From Kondoa subrosea (lineage: Eukaryota), in the NCBI GenBank assembly GCA_039545335.1, contig BCIN01000003.1, positions 434,001 through 498,000 of the forward strand: DNA of 64,000 nt, given 5' to 3'. How positions within the stretch are numbered: position 1 is the stretch's first letter; the number at the start of each line of letters is the position of its first letter. Shown in pieces: positions 39,060 to 52,454 of this stretch. The notes under the pieces are model-generated. The model worked only from the letters and a program-made list of their open reading frames with translations. It was not told the origin of the DNA and did not search any database. A program made the translations under genes and the position numbers.

Positions 39060-41173
39060 ATGAGTTCCTTGTCGAACGGATCTTGGCTAGACTGGCTATT
39101 ATACAAAGCTTCCAATCCACGTCAATGGAAACTTCCTTATTCTCGATTCATAAGACGAACTGAAGATTTCTTGATTGGCTTATTAATCGGAACTTCTTTC
39201 ACTATCGCTTCAACTGGATTAGCTATCTATGCTCGAAGATCTTGGAAAAGACAAATCACTAGAAGAAATGATGATGGCCTTGGTAAAAGTGTAATCATGC
39301 GCGAAAGCTCTGTTTGCGATGGTGTACCTGGTTTGGTCGGTATGTTCAAATCAATCTTTCGAAGATTACATCACATCCTTATGATCTTCGAAGGAAATAC
39401 GCCTCTTGTGCGCATCAAATCCCTAAGCGAATTGACGGGCGTAGATATTCTGGTGGGTCGTATGTCTCGCTTGCCATGACTGGTCTAATTGTGTCATAGG
39501 GAAAGGCAGAAGTACTTGCTCTTGCTCCCGCATTCTTCTACTATCGTTCTCATGCCATCTGAGCAGTTCCTAAATCCAGGCGGATCAGTGAAAGATCGCG
39601 TTTCATTAGAAAGTAGAGTTCTTTCAGTCTCTTCTTATATTATTCCATCTGATACCATGCGTAGTAATTCAGCAAGCTGAAGCTGCTGGTCTTTTGCATC
39701 CTCATACCGGTTCATGCATTTTCGAAGGCACAGTCGGGTCAACAGGCATCTCAATCGCTACTGTGCGTGAACATTTTACTCTGATCTCAGCGTCAATGAA
39801 TGACTATATACAACAGATGGCTAAAGCTATGGGATACGAATGTTCTATTATCATGCCTGATGATGTAGCCGCCGAAAAATCAGAACTGCTGCTCAAACTA
39901 GGAGCCTCAGTCGAGAAAGGTCTGTATTGCTCTCGTGATTATACTTACGTATATTCATAGAATGAGTGTGTATGGACAGTCCGACCTGTTTCTATTGTAT
40001 CGAGACAGCATTACGTCAATTTGGCAAGAGCGAGAGCGATAGCTTTCGGCAGAGAATTAGTTGGACCTACTGCTAGAACTGAGGTATTGGAAGATGGTGA
40101 TCGACGGGACGACATGATTGTTACTACTCAAGAAGAATCTAAAGATGGAGAGAAAGATTGGGATGCGCTAGAAACGAGACCAAGAGGTTTCTTCGCTGAT
40201 CAATTTGAGGTTTGCTTGCTCTCATTTTCAAGAAATGTTGATTTCTCAGCACGGATGCGTCACAGAACTTGGCGAATATGGAGGCGCATTACAAGACTAC
40301 CGGACCAGAGATCTGGACTCAAACGAATGGCAGGGTTACAGCTTTTGTGGCCGGAGCAGGTTCGACGGAGCCAGATGATTCTCGTTGCTGAGATTCATTT
40401 TCCTCCCATGGAACAGGGACGGGTGGAACCATAGCTGGTGTAGGCAAATATCTCAAGAGCGTCAATCCGGGCATCAAACTCATTCTGGCGGATCCTACTG
40501 GTTCTGGACTATATAACAAAGTTCGTCTTCCCCTATCATTATGGAAAGATTTACTTATGCGATTGTCTAGGTCAAGTATGGGGTGATGTACGCTGATACT
40601 GAAGCAGAAGGGAAACGTCGAAGGCATCAAATGGATACAGTGAGCAGAGTCCTGCCTTATAAACAGATCTAACAGCAGAATAGGTCGTAGAGGGTATCGG
40701 TGTCAACCGAATAACAAAGAACTTCAGTCAAATAGCTGGCCAAATAGATGATGCTATTAAGTAAGTTTTATATCCATAAATCTATTGTACGACCTCTAAC
40801 GAGTATCCTCTACCAGGGTTATAGATGCAGAAGCAGTAGCTATGAGTCGCTTCCTGGTATCAAATGATGGCCTTTTTCTCGGTTCTTCTTCGGCGGTGAA
40901 TCTAGTTGCTGCTGTAAAGTTGGCGAAAAGGTTGCCGAAAGGTGATGTGATTGCTACGATATTGTGCGATTCGGGTTCTCGACATGTGAGTTTCTTGATA
41001 TTGGATGATCTTGATGTGGTATTGACATGTTTCTCATAGTATTCAAAATTCTGGTAAGTTGAAGCCAGACTGGTATTCTATCGCGGCTGACACAGTCTGC
41101 CAGGAACGATGAATATCTGACCCAAGCTGGTATCCCAATTTCCTCTTCTATAGACAGCATTCTGGCCGAATAA
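39060..41173 (+). CDS. Cysteine synthase-like PLP enzyme with N-terminal TM anchor (Mcy1/Cys12 type)
   Basis: [24 protein letters not shown] (PLP Lys), [52 protein letters not shown]. Confidence 0.93.
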
Positions 41174-41177
41174 AGCT

Positions 41178-42510
41178 TTATGAGTTGGCAAAGAGCAGGG
41201 TAGACCCGATGACTAGAGCTGAACCGAGCCAGACTTGGATGGGACTTGATACACTATTCGGATAGAGATAGATGGAAACGATATTTGTAACTTCATAGGT
41301 AAATCTTGTTAGACCCCATTGTAACAACATTACGAAAGCACTACTTACCGACTATGGCCAGAGAGCTAGCGAATCCTTTCCATAGCGCCCCGACTTGTCT
41401 GACCAAGAAGGAAACCAGCATGCCCCCTGAGTCAGGATCAGAAACAGTCACGTAGCTGTGTGAAAGCCTTACCAAAGCCGTGCAAAGCTATCATTAGGTA
41501 CACGCTAGGCGAGAAGCCATGAAAGAAGCCGTGCTCTTGAACCATTCGATAGTCCTTCTCGTTAAAGTAGAAGCTTGCCAAAGTAAAAAGTAGACCAGGC
41601 AATGTAATTTGTAGATTTCGTATATAGATTGACGTTCCCATATGACTTTGTAAAGCAGACTCCATATACGCCCCTGCCAATCCAGAACAAAGACTGCCTA
41701 TGATGACCACGACGATGCCTAGAATATAGTCTTGCGTCGCTAAAGGTGAGACTGGACCATTTGTCGGCTGGAGCTGAACGAGAGTGACACCTGTAGTATT
41801 TATGAGCAGTTACAGAAGAGATCGCTGAGAAGATGGCCCAACCTGTTACCAAGATGAACAGCGCGAGCCATTTTCGAGGCGAAACGTGCTTGCTATAAAT
41901 TAAGCGACTACATAGAGCTGCGGCAAGAATTTTCAGCTGCCAAGTGATGATGTACTGTACATATGTGAGCTGTATCACAAACTAGAAGAGCAGAAGACTT
42001 GCTGTAGGCAGATCAAGAAGCTTGATGCCTGTGTAAGAGCAGAGATTCACAATCGCGTAACACAAGGCTGGGAAGAACATCTTGATCGACTCCGCTCTTC
42101 GGATGTACAGCACATCATTGACAGGTCCGCGCAGAGACTTCGCCAGAGATACACTATCTTTGCTCTTGACCGCCTGTTGCCTCGCTCTTACTTCCAGGAT
42201 ATAAGACAGGATCAACTTGAAGGCTTCCGTCGTGCAGATTACAGCGGTCGGCGCGTAATTGGCCTTCACTGCGCTTCCACTTCCTCGAGACCATTTTGTG
42301 ACAATCGTGCTTGAAGAGTTTTGCGCGACAAGGAGGACGAAAGCTAGTAAAGCTACTGGGTCGCCTATTCCAGCCATAGATCTTCTCTTCCGTCGCCTTC
42401 TTCCGTCTCGCTGGTCCTGTGAGGACAAGAGACTCAATTAGGCAAACAGTCAAGCAAACATTCGAGGAAGTCAAAGTCAATGATGCAACCCTCGCTAGCG
42501 CACGAAACAT
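41178..42510 (-). CDS. Nucleotide-sugar transporter (SLC35A/UDP-galactose type); start at 42510 or 42377
   Basis: LLVAQNSS, AVICTTEAFKL, PALCYAIVN, TWQLKILAAA, SGLAGAYME, IYIRNLQ, GFFHGF, WKGFASSLAIV. Confidence 0.88.
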
Positions 42511-43951
42511 GGTCTCAGATATTCTCTCACTTTGAGGAAGGGAAAGGGCGGAAAGAGGCTCTTTTGGCCATGCTGAAAACTTGTCGTATGCGCTCCTCAG
42601 TGATTCGGTACTCAGAGAACGCTGAAGTCGTTATATAGGTACTACCTATTCAGAACTTCTGCCGCACCTCTATCGCGATCTCGAAACAAGACATCTCGAA
42701 TCAATCAATTTACTTCAAACTCTGCGCAAGAAACCTTTTCTAGCTAATGCTGTCAGCAGGGTGACTTGGGAATTGCGTTTGGAGCCTTCAGAGCTAGAAA
42801 TTCGCGAGTACTCCTTTAACAGAAGTTATGGTAATGAGGTTGGCTCTTTTGATGTCAATCGGGGAAGAGTGGAAGTAAGCGGACGTACGGCTCAAGCAGC
42901 AGCACATCAGCACGCCTCTGCTTGTATGCAAGCTCTTCGCCTGTGTCCCAACATTGCGAACTTGTGTTGCCGTGCACAATTCTTTCGCAATTCCGCTGTT
43001 GTGAGATATAGGGATTATACTTCCGCTTACTCGCCAGTTCCCGCTGCGGAAGAGCTAGCAAGTCTTCCCGTGACCAATTTAAAGCATCTAGTCATCGAAT
43101 CGCGGGAGATATGGGATCTTTCCCCGTTCACAAACATACTCTCCCGAGCAAATCTTTTGGAAAGCATCAAAATCTCGCCTACCTTGGCCAATGTGAGCAG
43201 TATCACTCATCCTAACATGCAAAGTGCTTTCCTCGATTATATCAATTGCACTCCGCCCGAAGTTGTGACCTGCCTCCAAAATCTGTCTAGAAGCTTCCCC
43301 AATCTGACAAGCCTACATTTTCCGTATCTGTCATGCTTTGGCACTAGTGAAGACAAAAGGAATATTGCCAATGCTATGTCGACACTTCCGATAACCCAAT
43401 TCAAGACCAATCTGCATGAACTTTGGTTCCGGGGAGATCATGCCTTTACAGAATGGACCGAGACCTTCAATATGATGCCCTCTTGTACTCGAGTGCATTT
43501 ATATCAAGATTCCGACATAGAGATCGAACGCTTGCCCGATTTCTTTCAAGCCTTGGGTAAGGCTGAATGCTTCCGAACAAGAGTGCAACATCTTCACATA
43601 GATCTGCGTCACGAGGCCGGACGAGCGAAGTTCCATCCCTGCCATACTTTCTTGACATTCTTCCCTCCTAACCGATTCCCTCATTTATAGAACTTGTCAC
43701 TTGAAGTCGCTTCGGAGGACCAGGTTTCCACTTGGAGAGCGCTTGGGCTCGACAATAGGAGTATCCCTGACTATCAAGCGCAAGCCCCAGCTTTGTTGAG
43801 GCTGAACGAGGACGTACTGTTCCTCAGTGATTTCGTTAAGCTAGCGGATGCCAACGCAAGACTGGACATCGAAGTGAAGTACTTTTTGGCGCATGAAGAA
43901 GGTGTAGATCCTTGGACTACCATCCAGCGAATCAGTAGCAAAAATGGCTGA
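42480..43951 (+). CDS. F-box-like protein with LRR-like C-terminus; internal TAG at 43688-43690 (possibly truncated or pseudogene)
   Basis: MMQPSLAHETWSQIFSHF..EALLAMLKTC|..LLPHLYR..LLQTLRKKPFLANAV; repeats CPNIANL, NLKHLVI, FPNLTSLHF, FPHL*NLSLEV. Confidence 0.65.
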
Positions 43952-44563
43952 ATCGTTGTTTCGTATCATTGAACTTACAAGGGCCGCCTGCTTCATCCAC
44001 CTCTCTTCTACTTCACCGATTGAATCTACTATAGCTCAACAATTATAAGAAGCCCTTCCCCTACCTCTTTTAGTACGCAACCTTCCGTCAGCGGCTATTG
44101 CAGCAAATGAAGAAGATTGCAAATATCTCCTGCTCTCATGTCTGTCTTCTTCTTCTTCAAAAACACGACACAAGCAAGCGGTTATTGACGGGGAAAGATT
44201 ACTAGCCGACATAATTAACTTAAACCAGCGCCGAGCAAAGTCTTATACCCAAGCAGTAATGTGAGCAATGCACAAGTCTCACCCCAGCTGACTCTCCGTC
44301 CTTCTATACTTACCTCAGCCACAGCATTGAAAGTCTCGGTTGCTTTCGCTTTTTGCATTCCATCTCTTCTATTTGTACCTTCTTTTTCGGAGGAAGAGCT
44401 GCCATCGCATCTCCGTTCGTCGTCGGGCTTGCTAGTCTCTTGCACTGCTTTGCTGGACTCCTCGCTTTACGCACAGCATTCCGTAAGGCTGTGCTTGTAC
44501 TTCGAGGAGACACTTCTCGACCCAAGCCTGCGCTGTACTGCTCTGCTTCATCGCAAGGAAGCA

Positions 44564-46055
44564 ATGACTCCCACTCTCACGATACGCGACGTCACCTCAG
44601 AAGATCTGCCTGCTGTTACGAAGCTTCTTCAGGACGGCGTTCACGAAGCAAATTTGCCCTCGCTCGATAGCGAAAGTGATGCGCAAGACTGGCTAGACGA
44701 TCTGTCATGGCATGAATACCCGTGCATTGTGGCTATTCTCGAGGAGTGTGTTGTTGGTCTCGGTGCCTTTCAAGGGCATTGGAGTAGTGTTTCAGAATCT
44801 GGCACAGAATATACCTGCGAACTAGTCTGCGTTGTGGATACAGCCTATCGGCGTCAGGGGATCGCTACAGGCCTATTTCACCATCTACAAAGGCATGCGA
44901 AAACTAACGAGCGCAACTTGTATCTTTGCCTACGTGTATATATATATCTCTTCTCTTCTGTTCTGCGATGCTCACTTACCATCAAACGATCAGGATATTT
45001 ACTTTCTGATAACGTAGAGGGAAAACAGTGGCTCAAAAAATGGGTTTTCGACCGTGTGGAAGGTAAGCTCTGTATGGATGGTTTCGACATGGGTTCATGC
45101 GAATGCCACAGCCTTGTGAACATCGTCGAATCTGAACAAGGAACTCTGGACGCCGAGTACTTCTCACTGTTCTTGAATCCTCCAATCAGTATCATTGGTC
45201 TCGGTTTCCCAGAGGCGGCAGACAATCCCTGCACGGAGAAGATCTTCATCTTACCTCTTGATTTGGACACGGTCACTATACGCAAAGCAACGATAGATGA
45301 TCTCGCTGAAAGTCAGTTCCAGTCAAATTGGATATAGCTGAGGCTTGCTGAATAGATCTTATAGTCAACAATGTCCGCAATGAGTCCATTCTATTCCTGA
45401 ATGCACTTGCTGCTAAGAAAGCAACTACAACGGAAGAGCGTTTGCCTTGGTTGCTTGACTTGATCGAAAAGGATCTACCAGTAGGCTTGATCTTCTGCGC
45501 TGTGCAATGCTGATTTGCTCTCAAGTGCATGGTTGCCGAAGTTGAGAAGCTTGTCGTGGGCTACATGAGTATGGAGATCTTCTCGAAAGACGCGTGCTTC
45601 AGCAGGTAGGTGCCAATATCACTGTTCGTTCAAGTCTGACTGAGTTCCGCATTAGGTGCTTGGAAGCTAATGTCCACATCCGCCAGGATCTGACTCGTCA
45701 GCGGATTGGTCCGCTATTATTCAGGTATGTCGCAATCATAATGCATCACATGGTACTGCTGATGCGCAAAAATTTCAGAGCCTGCGTCAGGGAGCCGATC
45801 CTCAAACAACTTGACATTAGGTTCATCCTGGCTGATGTACATACAACGTTAGTCCCATTATCAAAGTGATATGACATGACTGACGATCAATCAAGAAATG
45901 CACAGAGCTGGGGATCATGCTTGAAGGCAGGGTTTCAGCATCGCATCACCAGGACGCATGGTTTGTATAAGTTTGGAGAATGGCATTCGAGCGGGCTCTT
46001 CCAATTCGACTTGGAAGGAGATCGAGGCAAAGCTCTTGTGAACGGAACAGACTAG
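44564..46055 (+). CDS. Tandem-domain GNAT acetyltransferase (phosphinothricin/YncA-like)
   Basis: Two modules starting LTIRDVTSEDL and VTIRKATIDDL; acetyl-CoA motifs VDTAYRRQGIATGL and IRQDLTRQRIGPLL; terminal GLYKFGEW. Confidence 0.75.
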
Positions 46056-46120
46056 TATTAAAGCAGTTGAAACTTCTCATAATTCAATGTAAAGCAGCCA
46101 GGTTATTTGACATTTCATAG

Positions 46121-47444
46121 TTACAAAACTTTAGGGAAGAAGACTGGAGTCTTCTCCTTGTATTCCTGCCATTCTTTCGTCTTTCCGAAATTCTGCTCAG
46201 CCTTTTCCTCTAACATAGGTACACCACTAGCGTATCGGATCAAGCAGTATTCAAACTGGAAATCATATCAGGTAGGATCAACAACTTCTTTCAGCAGACG
46301 TACAAGAGGACCAGCTGCAGCGGCAATAGCGAACCAAGTTGGATAGGCGCCCGAACGGAAGAGAGCTCTTGAAGCCAATAGATAGATGGAAGCCCACATT
46401 CCGACCTAGTTCATGCGCTGAGAAGTATTATGAGTGCAGGAACAAGATGACTTACCTCTCCAACGTAATTGGGATGCCTTGAAATTGACCATAATCCAGT
46501 AGTAATGAATTTCTCATCGTGCTCCTTGTTGTCCTTGCGAGTTCGCCAATCTGATTTCTGGCGATCTGCAATTACTTCAAAGAGGAAAGAACCGATCCAG
46601 CCTGTATGCCAAACGATCGCAACGCAAAATCAGGATTATCCTGATTCGCATCGGCCTTGCATACCTGCGATGCCTATGTAATCACGGACAGCGATAGCGG
46701 GTTGCATGTGTCGTGGAATAGCGCTACGCAAATATCAGGTCCATGAATCGTAAGCTGCATCACACAATGACCCACCTGACAGCATAAACAGGTAGAGCAG
46801 TCAAAGTAATCCAAAGTGCTTGAAATTGCCATACGCCAAAGAATTGGACAGGTGACTTTTTGATCTCATCAAATCTTCCACTGTAAGTAGTCGACCATTT
46901 CTGAGCAACCTTCAAGGTGCTGAGAAGACTGATCTCGCTTACTCTTTGCCATGTTTTCTAATTCTCATGAACAAGAAACTACCTAATCTCGCAGCCCTAT
47001 TCAAGGAATCAACTTCTGATACTTCTGACAATGTCAAGGGCAAACGCACCATAGAGCGGTCAACCCGCTCAAGATCAATGATCGAGGATGGAAACTTCGC
47101 AAGGGAGGGAAAGGTGTTCTTTGACCTAGCCAACGACCTCGAAGAGTTGGATAATAGAGGGAGAAAGCTGTAGAGGATAGGAAACCGATGGATCCTAGCA
47201 AGTCAAAATAACGTTCATTCTGTCTTAATGTGCGGATTGTATATGAGCAAAAGATGGGAAGATCAAAGAGATTGGAGAACAGACTGTGGAACGAAGACTA
47301 GTCCAGCAAGAGATTGTACGCCAAACGAGAACTGATCATTTGAGCCCACAAGTTCAGCTACGCAAAGCGTGAGCGGAACTGAGCGCTTACGCCAGCGACT
47401 GCAGCTACATGCTTTGCAGGACCCGAGAGAGCTTGCCAATTCAT
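46121..47444 (-). CDS. DUF1295 / steroid 5-alpha-reductase-like membrane protein
   Basis: NERYFDLLGSIGF, RLGSFLFMRIRKHGK, EVIADRQKSDWR, FITTGLWSISRHPNYVGE, SGVPMLEEKAEQNFG..WQEYKEKTPVFFP. Confidence 0.9.
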
Positions 47445-47598
47445 GATTTGACGCAAAAGTGTTGCAGGACAACCTTCCGCACGTCACAATTTCTTCAAGA
47501 TCAACAAAACCGGCCGAAGTGATACGCAAGTCCTTGTCTACAGGCATAACAAAGGGAATGACACAATGATCCGTAATGCAAATGATACTGCTACGTAA

Positions 47599-48848
47599 TT
47601 ACGCGAAGACTTTTCCCAGGGGGTCCAACTTCTTCTGAGCTTCAAGCGTTTCCAGCTTGTTGACTCTAGAGTCTTGAGCCTCTTTACGATTCCTATACTT
47701 GCCTGCTCTTTCAATCTTTCTAGCCAACAGTGCTTCGCTAGGAGGTGTAAAGTCTGTTCACCAGCATGAGAATAAACTCAGAAACTGTGCAGAACTCCGC
47801 ACCTTTGTTCTCATACAGCGTCGCACCACCGAATGATCCTTCAAAGATCTTCACTGGCACCAAAACAAATCGAGGACCAATTTCAGACAAAGTGACTCTT
47901 GCATTGGTAGAGTCAACTTTTGATTTGGATTTCTTGGCTGCTTTAGCTAGAGCTGCATCGATTTCTATGTCGTCTACATCCATTCCATGCGGATTGTCAA
48001 CAATCTAAAGAAGAGTCTGTAAGAGAGTATTAAGGCGGAAAAATAGACCTCACTTGATAATTTCTGAACCAGACTTTCCCGTCTGCCATTGAGAAGCTCA
48101 CCACATGATCCACGAAAGGCTTCGCTCTTCTAGCAGTTTTCGGTACAGCAAAGATCTTTCATACGTTTTCAGCATATTCCCACAATAAAGCTCAAAACAG
48201 CGAAACTCACGTGCGTAAGCAGTTCCTTGATCACCCTCAAGTGCGGCTCATCGTCAAAGGCTTTGTCAAAGCATACTATCGGCCTACTTCCCTTGAGACA
48301 ATTTCCAGTCATTTTCAGTTCATCCATAGTATGTGAATTGAGAACATGAAATCGAACAGAAGGACCATTAGGTGTTTTCGCTGCCCACATATAAAGATCT
48401 TGATGCCTTCTTGCTTCAAAGAAAAGAGCGTTGTTACAGTTTGAAAGCTCGGCCAATTCGTTCACCATGTATAGCTGATGCTTTGAGTCCAGCTTTGAAT
48501 CTGTCGGGATCTCTGTCAAACCAGCTCCAGAGAGCTGTTCTGAAAGAGAGACTGACCCTTTTTCGCCTGAGGCAGCAGAGCACTCAGATCATTCATTACA
48601 TGTCTCATTCTTTGCGTTACACCTCTTGAAGATAAAACCAGGACTTTCTGACGGAAAGCGGATGTCACAGCTGTTGATGTAGACGCTTTAGCCAAATTGC
48701 TAGCATAACCCTCTCCCAATGGCTGCTGCTGGATCTGCTCTTCTTCTGAAGAACTTGAAGTTGAGCTCCCTGAATCGCTGTCCTCTGCCTCTGATTCTTC
48801 CACGTCCTGCCTCTTGCGCTTGTTCTTCATTAACGAGATTGGTGCCAT
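47599..48848 (-). CDS. BRX1: Ribosome biogenesis protein Brx1 (Brix domain)
   Basis: KVLVLSSRGVTQRMRHVMNDL, NELAELSNCNNALFFEAR, PNGPS, HTMDELKMTGNCLKGSRP, KPFVDHV, WFRNYQI, EIGPRFVL..IFEGSFGG. Confidence 0.97.
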
Positions 48849-49153
48849 AGCTGTTCACAAGTCAATGCAATGATGGTTGGGAGCAAGAGATGGAAGAGAT
48901 TTTTCAAATTTGTCATGGAACAGTGACTCGCTCAAGAAGATGGTGCATGGTGCTATAACAGCTGCAACAGTGCAAGGCAACAGGCGGTCATCTATATATG
49001 GCTCTTTCACTCCGACGGCTAATCAGCATAGGGCAGCAAGCTCGCCAAACTTATCTCGAAAGAGGGCGTCAGAGCAGGTCCGTCTCGTCCTCGTATACGT
49101 GTAGTACCGCGCTGATTGAACTCGCAGAATCATTCTGTACGTCGTGATGCTCC

Positions 49154-50353
49154 GTGCGACCTCTCCCTCGAGCTTACATAAAGCTGTGTTGTCTTGTCAA
49201 GCCCGACTCACTGCAGTCCAACTTCTCTCGTTCTTCTCTCACTCTTCCTTCTCTTCGCGCATTGCAACTCCGACATCTTCTCGTAGCTTTACCTTGTTCC
49301 CTTATTCTCCTCATCCTGGTTTCCTTACTCCCAATCTATGCCTGGCAACCTAGACATTCACCAATCTTAACAAGACCTATCCTTTGGCCAGAAATACTGA
49401 TTGGTTCAGGTGCTTATCTAGCTACTCAAACCCTCTTACCACCTTTTTTCTCAATCCTTTCTTACATCTTATCGTATCGGATTTTCAAGACTTCAGTAGC
49501 TACTTATGCTCCTTTAGCTTTACATGCTGTTTTGCAAGAAGGGATCAGGTTGTTAGCTATTGCTGCTATCTCTAGCGGAAGATTACGAAAAGAAGGAGAA
49601 CCGCATTGTGAGCTAATACCACTCTTTACTAGTTGAACGGAGGCTGAAGGAAATGTGACAAGCGCATCCTCATGCTACCTTCTTCCACGCTTTTTGGTTA
49701 GGTATAGGCTATGCAACAGCTGAAGTAGTCTACCGAAGTTTGAGCTTGTGGAATGATACTTGGTTATACAAGGATGTGCTTGATGGAGAAGGCGAACCGG
49801 ATGAAGAGAGAAGAGAAGAGGTTTTAGGAGATGGAGAAGATGTTGCGGCTTTCTTAAGCGAGGAAGAAGATGTGGTTGATCAAGTCCTGCTGGAGCAGGA
49901 AAGAGGTGAGAATAGAGCTGCAATTGGTATGCTCGATACTGATTAAGCCTTTCCGTCACAGCCTGGGTCGAAGAGCACCTCTCTGGTATCAAACGCTCAG
50001 ACTTGGAAGATTCGCTTGGTCAGCCGCTTTATTCTATTCCGACTGCTTTACTGTGTTTGTGGACAGTCAACAGGTATGTCTTCCGCTCACGAGACTACCC
50101 CAGCTGATGAACATGTAGAATTCTGTTATCCCTTGCGATGACTCTGCTCGTCTACTCAGCCTTCGTTGGTTCTCACACTCTGTACAAAACTTACCTTACT
50201 CCTACTTTCTGCGCCGTCTCGCTCTTCCATGCTCTACAATCACTAGCATGGTCATTATTAACTCCTTCTCTCGGTTTGGCTTCGGTTAGCTATGGAGCGA
50301 CAATGCTCAATTTATTGGCGTTGTTTTTGGCATTGGCTATATGGGGAGCGTAG
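49154..50353 (+). CDS. Hypothetical multi-pass membrane protein (start uncertain)
   Basis: Several hydrophobic exons (LLILLILVSLLP, WPEILIGSGAYL, LHAVLQEGIRLLAI, LGLASVSYGATMLNLLALFLALAIWG) and an acidic loop, linked by GT-AG introns. Confidence 0.6.
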
Positions 50354-50589
50354 GTCTCTCTGACTGCTACGTTTGGCTTGGTTGACATGACGAGGCTAGC
50401 ATTGCGTGACTGTGGTGTTGGAAATAGGCAATAAGGGAAGAGATGCGACCACGTCACAAGCATGCTAAGGACGATAGCATGAATATACCTTGCGCTGTGC
50501 AAGAAGGTTATACTTGTTTTTCGACTTTGTGCGCGCTCTCTCTTTACTTTCCTTGTATACTTTGACCACGTACCAACACTACATTACCA

Positions 50590-51320
50590 TACTCTGGCAA
50601 TTGCCTGGCAAGCTCTGGATAGTATGTCTTGGTCGAACAACTTCGATACGGCTTACTAAGCAAGTGAGATTTATCCTAGATTGGCTTCAAGACAGATACG
50701 TCGCCTTACAAGTGAATTTTCGCCTTGGCGATATCATAGCTACCTTGCTGCATCATATTGGCCAAAGCTTCGCATATGTCGTGATCTGGAATGCCATCAA
50801 ATTGGATGGGATAGTTCGCAACGTCGCAACAAATATTGGCAATACGAGAATAGGTACGTTCTTTCGAATATGGTCGAGCGATTCATTGAATCCACTTCGA
50901 ATTCCGTTCAGGGTTTGACCTACTATCAAGCTGCACAAGCGTTCTAGTCCTTGGAGGTGGACTTTACTCTGCGATCAATTACAGAATCGGAGTCAGCTAC
51001 AATACAGTAATCTTCGCATGGGTTTTGTTCATATACATCATGATCTTCGCCAATAAGATGAAGAAAGCTGTCTGCCGAGGCGAAGGCATACCGCACCTCT
51101 TCGGCGCTTCAGATGGTTGGACCAAGACTTTGGCATTCGCCGTCTTCCTTGGAATCTATATCTACGCTGAGCACAACGGTTTGTAAGTTCGACAGCTCCT
51201 TGAAGAAATTTAGACATAAATTCAATGCTATTGTAGGGACTTGCCGAAACAGGTCTCTACATTCATAGTCGTTGCATGAGTTTGCACAGCGAAGGACTTT
51301 CACTAGTATAAGCATATGAT
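50590..51320 (+). pseudogene. Degenerate F-box-like gene relic
   Basis: QLPGKLWIVCL (F-box-like start), LTSEFSPWRYHS, AF*SLEVDF; multiple stops and frameshifts. Confidence 0.35.
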
Positions 51321-51338
51321 ATGATATGATATGATATG
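51314..51338. repeat. (ATATG)5 microsatellite
   Basis: atatgatatgatatgatatgatatg read directly. Confidence 0.85.
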
Positions 51339-51508
51339 GTAACGCAGCAAATATGATTCAATTGTATATAGAGCATCGCGTATTGCACTGCCTTTGTTTG
51401 CCTCTTTGGTCTTGACTTGAATTTTCACTATTCTGCCTTTCTTTCCCAAATCATAACAACGCCGTATACCTTGTTTCACGAGATAACCCTAGCAAGCTCA
51501 GTCCTTTT

Positions 51509-52294
51509 ATGGAACGTCAGTTAACAAGGGTTGATTCAACTGGAAGATACCAAATTTGGAAAGACCACACCAATCCCTGGGCTGTTCAGAGGATTCGGCC
51601 GTATCCTTTCCCCAATGGCACGTTACTCAAACCAGGCGTCAGGCCACATGAGCCGCTGCGAACTTTCATCAACCAAATTTACGATGAATTCAAGGATGTA
51701 GATGCTTGGGTGAAAGCAGATGATGCGGAATGGGTCAGGAGCAATGAAGGTTATCTTAGATCGAGAATGGAAGCTGCGAAGTCAATGGGTCTGGAAAAGG
51801 GAGCAGCAATTTATGCTAAACTATCGGAGATGTACTCAAGAACATGGAATCAAGAGTACTACATCTTTCGTGATATGTTAGATAGTGAGTTTCTCTTCCC
51901 GATCTGATGCGATTGCTTTACTGATATTTCGATCGCATTAGTCTCCATAGCTCAAGCCAATGCTGCAGCTGGTTAGCGTTTTCCTGAGAATCCAGAACGA
52001 CGTCTGATATTGGCTTTATCACTCACAGCTTACATCGATTCGATACTCAAGCGACACGTAGAAGCGATAGATCTCTCTCCAAATATTGCATTCGTCTCAT
52101 CTCGTCAACGAACCTCAACAGGCCAATCAACTTCTTCTGCATCCTCTTCTTCTTCCGACGCCAGCGAAATTAAGACTCCGCCTCAGCAATTTGAATCACA
52201 ATTCCGCAATATGGAGCTAGTCGAGCTTGGCGATAACGATCAACCTGGAATACATGCATCCGAATTAGCCGCTGAATATCAGAAGGAACGATGA
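51509..52294 (+). CDS. Hypothetical protein
   Basis: Two substantial ORF segments joined via GT-AG introns and a small middle exon; no recognised motif; start uncertain. Confidence 0.5.
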
Positions 52295-52454
52295 AAGGGT
52301 TTGCATTTCGCTTGGAATTTCCTTTTGTAATAGCTATAGCAGTCCACACAGTACCATTAGATGACCAGTCTTTGTAATATCCTCGCGCTATCATTATACA
52401 TTATTATCCTTTTGTAATTGTACAACATTCTACTATTGCAAACTCTATTACTGC

